DNA of 64,000 bases from Azolla caroliniana (taxonomy: Eukaryota > Plantae > Polypodiophyta). The stretch's first letter is position 1; the number at the start of each line of letters is the position of its first letter. The stretch lies in NCBI GenBank assembly GCA_043228905.1, contig JBHGNT010000007.1:19158001-19222000 (forward strand), in the 5' to 3' direction. The position numbers were made by a program, and so were the translations under genes. This document shows, piece by piece, positions 36,348 to 48,206 of the stretch. A model generated the notes under the pieces. That model saw nothing but the letters and a program-made list of their open reading frames with translations, was not told where the DNA came from and did not search any database.

Positions 36348-39300
36348 AAATGAGTTCCTGAATTCGTATCTATCTATCTATCTATCTAATATATCGCCAT
36401 CGCCATCGCTAATCTTTAACCTTCAACGTTTCGTTTATTTCACGTTTCCTTCTTCTTCTGCTTCTTCTTCATCATCATCATCTTCTTCTTCTTCTTTGTG
36501 ATTTGGTTCTAATTAATCAGTGGGGAGAAAATGGCGGAATTAGTGGCCCGTTAAAGAAGGTCGCTCCATGACTGTCTTGTTTTTCCAATTGGAAAGAGGG
36601 AAACCAGAGTCGGTTTTGTTTCTCTTCTTCTTGTTCCCCCCCTCTCTCTCTCTGCGTGTCTCTAATGGTTATGCCATACCTAAAGTTTTAAACGGAAATG
36701 CGTAACATTCTGTTATTTCCTGTTTAACTATATCCAATCCAAACTCGTTTTGCTCACGATTTTTTTCTTTTTCCTCTATTCCTTTCTCATTTGACCAAAA
36801 ATGAAAACGTAGACAAGTAGTATTACGTTTGTCCGTTATGCTTCAGTTCGTCAATTCTCTTCAGTGAAACAAAGGGGGCAGACGCCAGTGTTGTTAATCA
36901 TGCAACTCTAACTTGCTTGTCTCGAACCATAAATCATTCTCATCCTCGCAATCTTGAATGGAAACGTCAATGTAGGTGCTTTAATTTTTTGTCCTTTCTG
37001 TGTCTTCTTCTAGTTCTATTGTAGGTGCTTTCATTTCAATTGCAATGTTAACACAATGCCAAAAAAATGAATTTATTTTGTTAATTTAGTTCCATAACTA
37101 GCGTTACTTAGTGTTGAATTTGCTAAGTTCTTACAGTGAAGCTATTAAAATGACTCTGTTTGTGTCCGTACTTATTCTTATGCATTACATTTTGCATGGT
37201 TAACATTTGCATTTGGTCTATTCTTGAGTTTCTGTTCGAGATCAGCATTAGAGATATCATAATCATTAGAATATGCAAGAAATTTTCAGGATTTCCGTTC
37301 TTTGGAAGTAATTTGGGAATTGTTTGAATATTGCTTTGTGAAGAATTGTGGTGTTATATTCTTCTTAACATGTTGATATGTTCAGCAAATCCATTCACAA
37401 TTCAAGAATACGACTATATATTGATACAGCATTTAAGATACAATTATCTTCATATAAGAGAGCATGCATGTGAATTGTGAACGGACTATAACATTAAGTA
37501 GGATAAAATAAGAATATATTTATCTTCTAGTTTTGATAACAAGCCTAACTGCTTTCCATTTAATGCCATTTTCAGTGCTTATAACTTATTTGTCTTGATC
37601 ACTACGTTTCATGAGAGGTCAAAGCTTTGGATCAACAAATTTGCAATGTCAGCATACACATATGTGAGTACTTTATAGTTTGCAGCTGCAATTTCCCAAT
37701 ATTTTGTATGCAACTTGCAGAGAATGTGTATTTTTTAGCATAAATTTATGAAGAGTAGAATGTCCATTCTCATAAAATTACCTGTTGTGTTTATCTCATG
37801 CATCCTGCTGATGCGAAGATGCACTCAGAATGTGAATTTTTTGTTTTCCTTGTTAGTGAACTCTGAAAAGAAAATATAACGACAATCTCAAAAGGAACAT
37901 TTTGAGAAAAATAGAGTTAAATGTATATAATGGACTGAAATTTCAATGCTAAAAGTCAAAGACCAACAACTTTAAGTTTAGAGCTCAGGGTTAGGTTATT
38001 GATAATACTTTAGAAAGGTAAAATATTGGAAGTATTGTAGTAGCAAGGAAAATTAAACAAAATGCGTTTCTTAGAGTAAGCATGATTTTTGTTGTAGTCT
38101 CCCCATATAAAATGAGAGGACATGACCAAGATTATAAACTCAAATAAAGGGGTCTTATGACAAGTATTCAGGTTGTAACTGCAGTGGTGGATTGTAGGAG
38201 AGTATAGGCAAAGGAGATAAGATCTTGACAGGCAAAGAGAAGTCCTATATTTGGTTGTCTTAGTAAGTAATTTATCAGGATTCTATGATTTGAGGTTTTT
38301 AATACCACTTAAGGTATGGATATTTTGACAACCTTTACGTTTCTTAGAAAATATTTTGAGTTTTGGTAATCTTGCTTTATAATATCATCGTTAAATTTAT
38401 TTATTTATTTTTATCTGTTAGAGACCAACTTACGATCTATTTTCTATTCGAGTTTTAAAGTTCAATGATGCTTATGAAGAAATTTGCACTTCCCCTTAGG
38501 CATCACCAGTCTTATAGACAAAGGAATCCTTAGGATCTAGTCCATATTCTGCTGTATCAGCAATTTGGCTATAATTAACTCTTTGTATATGATTCATAAG
38601 CATGTCACTTGATGTATCTTAATTAGTCAAAAAGGGCATCCACATTGAGAATGGAATGTTAAATGTTTTATTTTTCAGATTGCAATTTGACTAGCTCTCC
38701 AATTTAATTTTTAACATGCATGAATGCATATACAAAAATATTTATATGGAAAAGGGAATTATTCAGAGTTAGAAGAATCTTTGGAAAAGTCTGTTTATTC
38801 TTAAAAACCTTGAAGCTGACAATGTGAGTAATAATAATCCTTTTTTTTTTAATTGTCATATAGGAACCTTTGGTCTTCCCATTAACGTACTTATATACCA
38901 AGTTCAAGATCTCTTCAAGTTTTTGTTTGTAAAAATATTCACAAAGAATTACACTTTGAATTCAACATAATCTCAAAGAGAAGATATTTATTCTCAAGAA
39001 TATTGCCGCAGGACCTATACCTTTAGATGTAATGCTAATTTAATAAGAACCTTATAAAATTGAGATCCATTGAAAATTATTTGTAGTACTTTGAATGAAG
39101 TTTCTAGATTATTACTTAAATAAAGATTTTCTGCTGTAGGTGACAAAAGTTTTAGAATAATAACCTGCAAGCTACTTAAACATTGCTCCTAGACAGATTG
39201 ATAGAGGAGAGATGGATAGATCTCTGTAGATGTTCTTGGAATGCTACAACATTATCAACATTACTATATATGGACTTATCCACTCTTGCATAGGTTTTCT

Positions 39301-39359
39301 TGCATTTGCACACCATGAAGAAGATGCATTAGCTCTTAACCTTGTCAGTATGATAAAAA

Positions 39360-39516
39360 GGAAATAATCCCCAGTTTTTCTTTATTTCCCCAAAAATGTG
39401 CCCTTGCTCAAAGTGCTATTTGAGCGTTCCTATTGTCAATTCATTCCCTCATCCTCTCTTTTAGAGGTTGAAAAAGGGCATTTGGGGAAATAAAGAAGAA
39501 AAACAGGAGCATTTCC
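39360..39516. mobile_element. ~157-bp hairpin MITE in the putative 5'UTR intron
   Basis: GGAAAT..TTCTTTATTTCCCCAAA..GCCCTT inverted with AAGGGC..TTTGGGGAAATAAAGAA..ATTTCC. Confidence 0.7.
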
Positions 39517-39865
39517 AAGTTTTTCCCAAGATGAAATTATGACAAAGGTCCATTTTTTATTTATTGAACCACATTAAATTGTTTTACAGGAACTTTATAC
39601 AATGAGATAAGAAGTGACGATGATATATGACTGCCAAGAACGTTAAAGGTCAAACTCTTATCTCACTTTGTGTTTTTAAAATGATATGTAGTCAAAATAT
39701 TCTTACTTACTAGTTCCATGTATAGTGTCCTCAGTTCAAGAAAATCTTAGTTATGAGTTTATAATTCCCTTCCTTGTCTTTCAGTATGCTGGTTGGTAAT
39801 GTAGTCTATATGGTACAACAGTATTTATATTGTTTGTGTAAAGCACCTCTTTTTGGCTCCGAAAT

Positions 39866-41023
39866 ATGGAGTGTGATTATTTGGAATCTGAAGGATTATA
39901 TTATGGTTTCTGCAGAAGATTAATTGCTAATACAATGGTAGGACAGATTCGAAGTGTCTCTTGCCATCTATCTGCCCAAAGTATTTCATATTCTCTTTGC
40001 TGGGAGAATACATCCTGCTGCCATAAATTTGTGCTAGCAGTCACAGTTTTAATACTTGCTCCGATTATTTTACTATGTTCTTCATGGCATCCTCTCCTCT
40101 CTACATCAAGGAAAGTTGTATGGGAGGATAACTCCATGACCATTCTCTCAGGGAATCTAGAGTACATACAATCCACGCAAATTGTTTGGCAAATTCCATC
40201 ATCTCCTAAAGCCATCCTTTTTATTGCGCATGGATGCTATGGCCGAGCAACCTTCTTCTGGGATAAGAGTGAAAATTGTGCTGAATGTATTGGTCTTCCT
40301 GAAGAGAGAACCATTGTTTTTCATGCAATAACTAAAGGATATGCGGTCATTGCCATATCTAGCACAAGAGAGTGTTGGGGTTTAAAGGCCGATAAGAAAG
40401 AAGTTCTTAATATACTCTCCTCTTGGATCATGAAAGAAGGACTTAAAAGTCTCCCGGTAGTGGCTCTTGGCTCATCCTCTGGTGGATTCTTCATCTCAGC
40501 ATTGGCCGAAGAGTACAAATTCAGCTCTCTAGTTATCATGGTTTCTGAAGGGAAATTCAAAGGAATGCAAGTAAAACCAGACTATCCACCAACATTGTTT
40601 GTACATATGGCCAAGGATAAGAGGAGAGCTAGTTTAATTAAAGATGCAGTATCACTCCTTGAAAGCAAAGGTGTAGAAGCTGCGGAGGTGAAGTGTTATC
40701 AGATTCCTGTCACACCTCAACTGTTTATAAGAATCCCTGGTATGGATGTGAAGACATCGTATCGTATTTATTATGCATTAAGAGGGAGTAGCATACTCGA
40801 TCGAAATAGTATAATGACCAAAGATGGGCGTTCGATAGATTGGATGAAGCATCTTAAAGTAAGGAATGCGATGCCGGAAGCCGAGTTGAGAAAGTGGGAA
40901 CGGCATTTACAAGAACTGCTGAATGTTGCTTATGGCTATCACGAAATGACAAGCTCACAAGCAAATGAAATCTTTGAATGGTTCAATCGGCATCTTCCGC
41001 TTGATGAAACTATGCTTGAATAG
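39866..41023 (+). CDS. Uncharacterised plant alpha/beta-hydrolase-fold protein with N-terminal membrane anchor (385 aa, intronless CDS)
   Basis: Hydrophobic FVLAVTVLILAPIILL; AHGC, GLPEE, nucleophile elbow GSSSG, PPTLFVHM.KD, C-terminal YHEM; probable 5'UTR intron 36317-39784 (GTAAGT..TTCAG). Confidence 0.85.
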   Translation: MECDYLESEGLYYGFCRRLIANTMVGQIRSVSCHLSAQSISYSLCWENTSCCHKFVLAVTVLILAPIILLCSSWHPLLSTSRKVVWEDNSMTILSGNLEYIQSTQIVWQIPSSPKAILFIAHGCYGRATFFWDKSENCAECIGLPEERTIVFHAITKGYAVIAISSTRECWGLKADKKEVLNILSSWIMKEGLKSLPVVALGSSSGGFFISALAEEYKFSSLVIMVSEGKFKGMQVKPDYPPTLFVHMAKDKRRASLIKDAVSLLESKGVEAAEVKCYQIPVTPQLFIRIPGMDVKTSYRIYYALRGSSILDRNSIMTKDGRSIDWMKHLKVRNAMPEAELRKWERHLQELLNVAYGYHEMTSSQANEIFEWFNRHLPLDETMLE

Positions 41024-44000
41024 GGAGATATCGGCCAAGGGTTGTCATTTTTAGTTAATAGATATATTGTTGTTTTTGTGTACCAGGATCATGTGATATA
41101 AATATATATGCACCGTGAAATAATAGAGTGTGCAAGTAGAATAGATGTTAAATAGTGTGTAGAATGGGCTTGCCTTTTTACAAAACTGCTGCAATGCCCT
41201 TGATATTGTAAATTTTCATTCCAGGACTCTGATATGTGGAATAACCATGCAGAGAGAGGAACTGGATAAAAAGATATAATGCTTGCTCCATTGATAAACA
41301 AAAGTTTCAACTTTGTCGCATAGTACTTACATTAAAGAATATAGCTATTCCAATGTTTCCTGAGTTGTGTTACGATGAATGTATAAGAAATTGCATTTAC
41401 CATCCCACATTGAGCTATTTTGATTATTAACAGTCATTTGCACGTCATGCATTTGAGATTGGTAGTTCAAAATGCAGAGATAAGCATTCATTTCAAGGTC
41501 TTACCTTTCTTTTATGAAGTTTTGATGGATGTGAGGTATGTGAGGTATTGTTAGTTATTTATAATGATATGCTCCACTTTAGAGTTCACGTGTTTCATAA
41601 TGGTTCGTTAAGTTGGCCAAAATAGTGTAGCATTCTTGCAAAGGAAATGATGCCTAAGTATTCTCTTAAGCATATAAAAGTTTGAAGTCAGTATGTAGGA
41701 CGAGTGGCTTGGCGCTTTTTGAGTGATTGTGGTGAATCATGTTTAGGAGAAATAGTTTTGATGATGTCAATGATGATGACGATGTTGATAGTTCGATTAC
41801 CTACTTTGAAAATTTGAAGAGGATAATTATCTTAATTATAAAATAAGGAAATCGTGATGAGTCCCAAATTAGTTAATAGACAAGAAATTCGATGAAATAC
41901 ACGATATGTGTCGCAAATGTGTGTTTTACATGTGAGGTATTATGCTAGCTTGACGGATTTATATAGTTATTATTATTAGTTCAAGGCATTAAGCATTCCT
42001 AGTTCTAGGGATGGGAATTCGACATCCATAGAGTAATCCTTTATCTCTTAATATCATCATCATCCTATGATATGGGATATTTGATAAATCTTAGTTCCAT
42101 CAGAGTCATCTTGTTAATTCTTTATTCTAACATAAAAGAAATAATGTTGAAATGGCCTTGTGACCTCAAAGATGTCATAACATCATATAGTCATAGTACA
42201 ATAATGACTATATGGGTAGGTACATATGAGGCAAGAAATAATATTGAAATGGCCCTATGACCTCAAAGATACCACAATGTCATAAGGACATAACATAATT
42301 AAAGTCCATATGGGCATGTATGCATGTATGAGTATATTTGAAACAGTTGCATGTATGTAAGTTAACATATTTGGTGAAAGGAGGGAATGTTTGCTTTGAA
42401 ATAATGGACGTCATATTCAATATGATTGCCTTTCTATCAATAGAAGAGTAAAATTGTTTTATGAATCTTGACACTTAACATTGTTATGGTAAAATATGAC
42501 CGCCTCATGTCCAATTCCATGTCTTTGTTTGTGCAATAATATTTTATTGTAGAAAGTGACTTTATTTTATTCTCAAATTTGTCCAGTAATACAAATTCCT
42601 CAATATATTTCAATATTTGAAGGATAGTGTTCCATTGGGATTTAAGAATCAGGACTTGTAATCCTCTTTGTTGGGATTTGGCCGTACAAATATACCCCAC
42701 GTGTAAATGATACTCAGTAATAGACAATGCTAGTGTGGGACTAGTTTGAATGTGAGCAAATGAGTTTCTGCTTTGTAGCAAATATAAATGCAAGCATCTT
42801 CACCATTTCCCAATTTTGTTATTTTACTAAGACATATTACTACTGGTAAAACTAGATGTGCCGCGAAAACTCACAAAATAATAGTGAGAAATATATAAAA
42901 TGCTAAGGGTGGACATAGAAGTCCTTAGAAGCACTCAAAGTAATGAATGCAAGATTGACAATGATGTCCCTAACTTGTAGACAATCAAATAGAGATTGTC
43001 AAAAAGGTATTGCTCAAGGAAGATAAATAAGTATTCATTGTACAAATGCTTTGGTGAGTGGGCAAATCCATAATTAAGTGACAGGTTGTTTCTTGTTTTG
43101 CACCAGATTAGGCACAATTTGATGAAGGTATCCTTCTCTTTTGAAGATTGAACCCAATGGGAAGAACACCCAATGCACATCTCCTTAGGAAATTCCATTG
43201 TGTAAGTTGAAGACATGACCTCCATATACATACCTACAAGTTTGTATTTCCCCCAAGACCATGCATTGTTTTAAGTGTCGAAAAAGGGTTTGTGTGTTTT
43301 TGAAACCATGAGGTTTGTAGCAACCCATAGATTGAAATTTTGAATGTGTGTTAACTTTATCGATTAGAATAACCATGCTGCCTTTTTTTTAACATCCAAT
43401 CATGAATATTATAATTTTTGTCTAAAGGAGCCACAAGTATTACTAGGGGTTACCAACTTTGTCACTTTACTCCATATGCGTTACTGATGTGCCCCAATGC
43501 TATAAAGACATCTATGTCATTAAAGCTTAATAAGTGTTCTTGATTATTTATCACATCCTGATTTTATTCCAATTCCAACACTTTCTTTGCTAAGAGGATA
43601 TAGCTTTGCTAGATTGTTTTGCTTAATTAATGATTGTGGAAATAAAACTCTTAAATGAAAGCTTTCTAAGCAGCGAGCACAAAGAGTTATGAGATTCTAA
43701 GTTTCTTTCTCTTCATCCTTCTACTATTTTAAAAGCTTGGAGCTAAATGGACATCCTTTGATATGTCCATCAATCTTCACGAATACTACATCCCAATCAA
43801 TAGTATCCCACATGCCAAATGACTTGATTTTCATATTGGTTACGCAATAGGTCGTTATGCGAACAAGGGTAATCCCTCCTCGTACACTAAAAGGATTTGC
43901 ATGATACCCTACCTCCCATTATTTCATCCAATCACCATTGTTAAAGTTCAAGAAAGATTAACAATCACCCAAGAAAGTAACCTCTAGGAAGGAATCTAGG

Positions 44001-45767
44001 GCATCAAAGTTGGATTTGCGTTTTTCAAGGGTGGCAATTGAAAGATGCATGTAAGTGAAATCCCTAGTGTTGATCTCTTCATGCTTGAATATGACATGTT
44101 ATAGTCATGAGGTTTTATCACTATCTGCCTTACTAATCTCAAGTGGAGGTTCTAAACTATACTCTACTTGTTAATCTATACTCGTTACTAATCGGACACC
44201 ACATCTTAATCTACAACGCTATTACAACCATAGTATGTAATATACTCAAATGCATTGGCAAACATTCTTTTTCATACAAATGCATATGTTATCAAAGCAT
44301 TCTTACATTTTTTTGCACTTTTTACCTTAACTTTCTTGCCTTATAATAAATCATGAATACAAAAGTATGGTATTTGCCATACTTTGAGGGTGTTTACAAT
44401 ATTCGAATGATTGAAACATTGTCGAATCCGAATGCACGTATGGTAAGTATGATTCATACTATGATTTCAACCATCACTTTCTTGACTAATGTGTCTTTCA
44501 TCACTTTACATAGTGTATTTTTCTTCCATGTCCTCCTCTTCCTCAAACACTTCCTAGTTTTTGTTCTTCTTTGGTTGTTGATACGGACTTCTTATTATCA
44601 AACTCTTTAGGTTGCCCCACAATGTATCCATAAGATTGCATCCACTATGAGAATAAATGCTTTGCATGCTTCATAACACGACTTTCATCTTCCTAACATA
44701 TTTGTTAAGGAGTTTGAAACTTTAATGCAACATGACTTCTTCTTTACAAAAAAAGGTACTACATTAGTATTAGAAAATGTCGTAAGGCTATACATACAAG
44801 ATAAACCACAGATTCCCTTTTTTCTAAATTCTAACTATCTGCTTAAATAAATACTTTGGTATAGAATAAAACCACTCCACCTTACCAAAAAGTTGTCTAT
44901 AAAATATACCTATCTCTCAGATGGCATGAAACTCCAATCGCGTATGCTTCGCTAGTTGTGTATTATCTTTTATACTATCCAACAAACCTTTGAGATTATA
45001 CACAATCTTTGTCCAAATCCTAGAAATTAACACAACATGACTTTCTCTTCCCAACATATGGATTGTGTGGAAAAAGGGAGAAGTTTTTTGTGTGTCACTA
45101 ACTTTGATCTTCCTACATGCTAAGTTTGAGAAGTATATACTTTTTATATCAAATAAATAGAGTTTTTGGTTCAAATATGGATAACACATTTTTTTTAGAT
45201 ACTAATCAATATTAGTGTCCTACTCTCACCTATGTTATGAGTGCATAACACATTCCGACATGTTTTTCAAGACATTGTTTTCTATGTTTATCCATCTTGT
45301 CACAAAGTTTTTTCTACTCTAAATGTCCAATGAAACATTTTATTTTGAGTGTTTTCCATGGTTATCTTCACTTGGAGAGTTTTGTTTTACAGTAAGCGTG
45401 AATGGGCAGATGAACACATACTTTTTTGTTAACATGTAACATTAGATCTTCTTACGTGTATGTTGAGTTGTGTGTCTTCTACTTTTTAGTTATGGTTAAA
45501 ATGTGAATGTGAAGTTTCTTCTTATCCTAATCCTTGTTAACCTCAAATGAGGTTCTATATGGTTCTCTTACTTCCTGTTTACATACAATTATAGTCTACG
45601 CCACATGATTCTAACATTGATGATCCAATAACCTATTCTAAAGAAATATGCGTTGTGAAAAAGTTTAGAAATGGAATCAACAACAATAAAGTTCTTGCAA
45701 AAAGCATTGACATTCCAACCATTGCAAACCGTCAATATGTCCATTGTGAACATTGAGTCTTGTTTAA

Positions 45768-48108
45768 CACTTGGCAAGTGAAGACTTGATACTACCTTTG
45801 ATTTCACTTTTTTATTTGGGTCTTTGGTGGCTCTAGGTGGGTAATAACTATTATGTTGGACTAGATACAAATGTGGATGTATAATAATACCCCACTCTAA
45901 AGATAAAGATACCATGTTAGTAGTTGAACCAAATTGTGATGTCCAAATCTTTATACCATGGATTGGGTCAATGATTGGCATCCAAAGACATATAAAGCCT
46001 TATTGGCAAACAAGTTCATTCTTGCATTATACCACACTTTGGACAAAGACATTGATTATCATACAAAACCTACTCTTTCATTATTTATACATGTTCATCA
46101 TCCTTTTCAGATATAGACTCATACAACTATACAAACGAAACATCACATATTGATGCCACACATCGTGTCAATAGCTAAATGGCTTGGGTTGCAATCAATG
46201 GATCATCACATATTGATGCCACACATCGCGTCAATAGGTAAATAGCTTGATTGCGATCAGTGGATAAATTATAAGGAAAATTACAACACACCATTAGTTT
46301 GTATAAGGAAATTTCCACGAGCCATCCAAAATTTGAATGAACCACATTGCTGGTACACAATATACTTGAGTACCATTTGCATGGTGCAAGTTGTAGTCAA
46401 GTATGGCTTTGTCAGGTTTGGTTTGGATTTTGAAAGGGTTTGGGAGCCTCATCGGAAGCACTAATCAAAGACATGAGTGAGACACACATGCATCTTTGTA
46501 TCATGAATGCTCTTGCTAAGGTTTGAAAACATCCATGAATGTTGTGCAAAACCATTAGCCCTATAAAACGTAAAAAACAAAGTACACACATTAAAGAGCA
46601 ATCTTTGTCCGAACTCTACATTCGGGAGAATTCCGAAGAGAAGGTTTGGGCGATTTCAGGGCGCATCGATGAGGACCCATCCTTGCTTGTGCCCTGATCA
46701 TTGGACACACAAATACAATCCGATTTGGCTCATTTTGCCAGTGAATCCATTGATCTGATCCAATCCAATCCAATCCAATCCTATTCAATCGATCCATTCC
46801 GATCCGAGCCGAGCCGATCCGATATATCCAATCCGATTCGATCCGATTTGATCGACTTGATCGGAGCCAATCCGATTAATCGGAGCCCCCTCAGACACCG
46901 CCCACAATGACCCACAAGAAAAGGAAACGCCCTTACTCTCCTCCTCCTCCTTCTCACTTGGCGAGTGAAAACTTGATACTACCTTTGATTTCACTTTTTA
47001 ATTTGGGTCTTTGGTGGTTCTAGGTGGGTAATAACTATTATGTTGGACTAGATACAAATGTGGATGTATAATAATACCCCACTCTAAAGATAAAAATACC
47101 ATGTTAGTAGTTTGAACCAAATTGTGATGTCCAAATCTTTATACCATGGATTGGGTCAATGATTGGCATCCAAAGACATATAAAGCGTTTTTGGCAAACA
47201 AGTTCATTCTTGCATTATACCACACTTTGGACAAAGACATTGATTATCATACAGAACCTACTCTTTCATTATTTATACTTGTTCATCATCCTTTTCAGAT
47301 ATAGACTCATACAACTATACAAACGAAACATCACATATTGATGCCACACATCGCGTCAATAGGTAAATAGCTTGGTTGCGATTAGTGGATAAATTATAAG
47401 GAAAATTACCACACACCATTAGTTTGTATAAGGAAATTTCCACGAGCCATCCAAAATTTGAATTAACCACGTTGTTGGTACACAATATACTCAAGTACCA
47501 TTTGCATGGTGCAAGTTGTAGTAAAATATGGCTTTGTCAGGTTTGGTTTGGATTTTGAAAGTGTTTGGGAGCCTCATCGGAAGCACTAATCAAAGACATG
47601 AGTGAGACACACATGCATCTTTGTATCGTGAATGCTCTTGCTAAGGTTTGAAAACATCCATGAATGTTGTGCAAAACCATTGGCCCTATAAAACGTAAAA
47701 AACAAAGTACACACATTAAAGAGCGATCTTCGTCCGAACTCTACCCTCGGGGAGAATTCCGAAGAGAAGGTTTGGGCGATTTCGGGGCGCATCGATGAGG
47801 ACCCATCCCTGCTTGTGCCTTGATCATTGGACACACAAATACAATCCGATTTGGCTCATTTTGCCGGTGAATCCATTGGTCCGATCCGATCCAATCCAAT
47901 CCTATTCAATCGATCCATTCCGATCCGATCCAAGCCGATTCGATATATCCAAACCGATTCGATCCGATTCGATATATCCAAACCGATTCAATCCGATTCG
48001 ATCGACTTGATCGGAGCCAATCGGATTAATCGGAGCCCCCTCAAATACTGCCCACAATGACCCACAAGAAAAGGAAACGCCCTTACTCTCCTCCTCCTCC
48101 TCCTTCTC
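45768..48108. repeat. ~1.19-kb tandem duplication upstream of MECR (45768-46954; 46955-48108)
   Basis: Both units begin CACTTGGCRAGTGAA and end CCTTACTCTCCTCC..TTCTC; each has an (ATCCG/ATCCA)n array. Confidence 0.95.
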
Positions 48109-48179
48109 CCATTTCCATTTCCTGTTTATTGACACATGTAAGAGCAGCATCTCCTCCTGCAGACTCTCATTCCTGCCTG

Positions 48180-48193
48180 AACCCTAGGGTTTT
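48180..48193. promoter_or_regulatory. Palindromic telo-box in MECR 5'UTR
   Basis: AACCCTAGGGTTTT (AAACCCTA on the minus strand) just before the ATG. Confidence 0.55.
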
Positions 48194-48206
48194 AGCTAGG
48201 TGAGCT

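Noticed and set aside
35416-36501. Long ORFs rich in H/T/L/S or C/V/R/E
   Set aside because: Translations of CA/CT microsatellites
41700-45760. Decayed minus-strand transposase or gene
   Set aside because: Looks like eroded coding DNA, but I recognise no motif or termini
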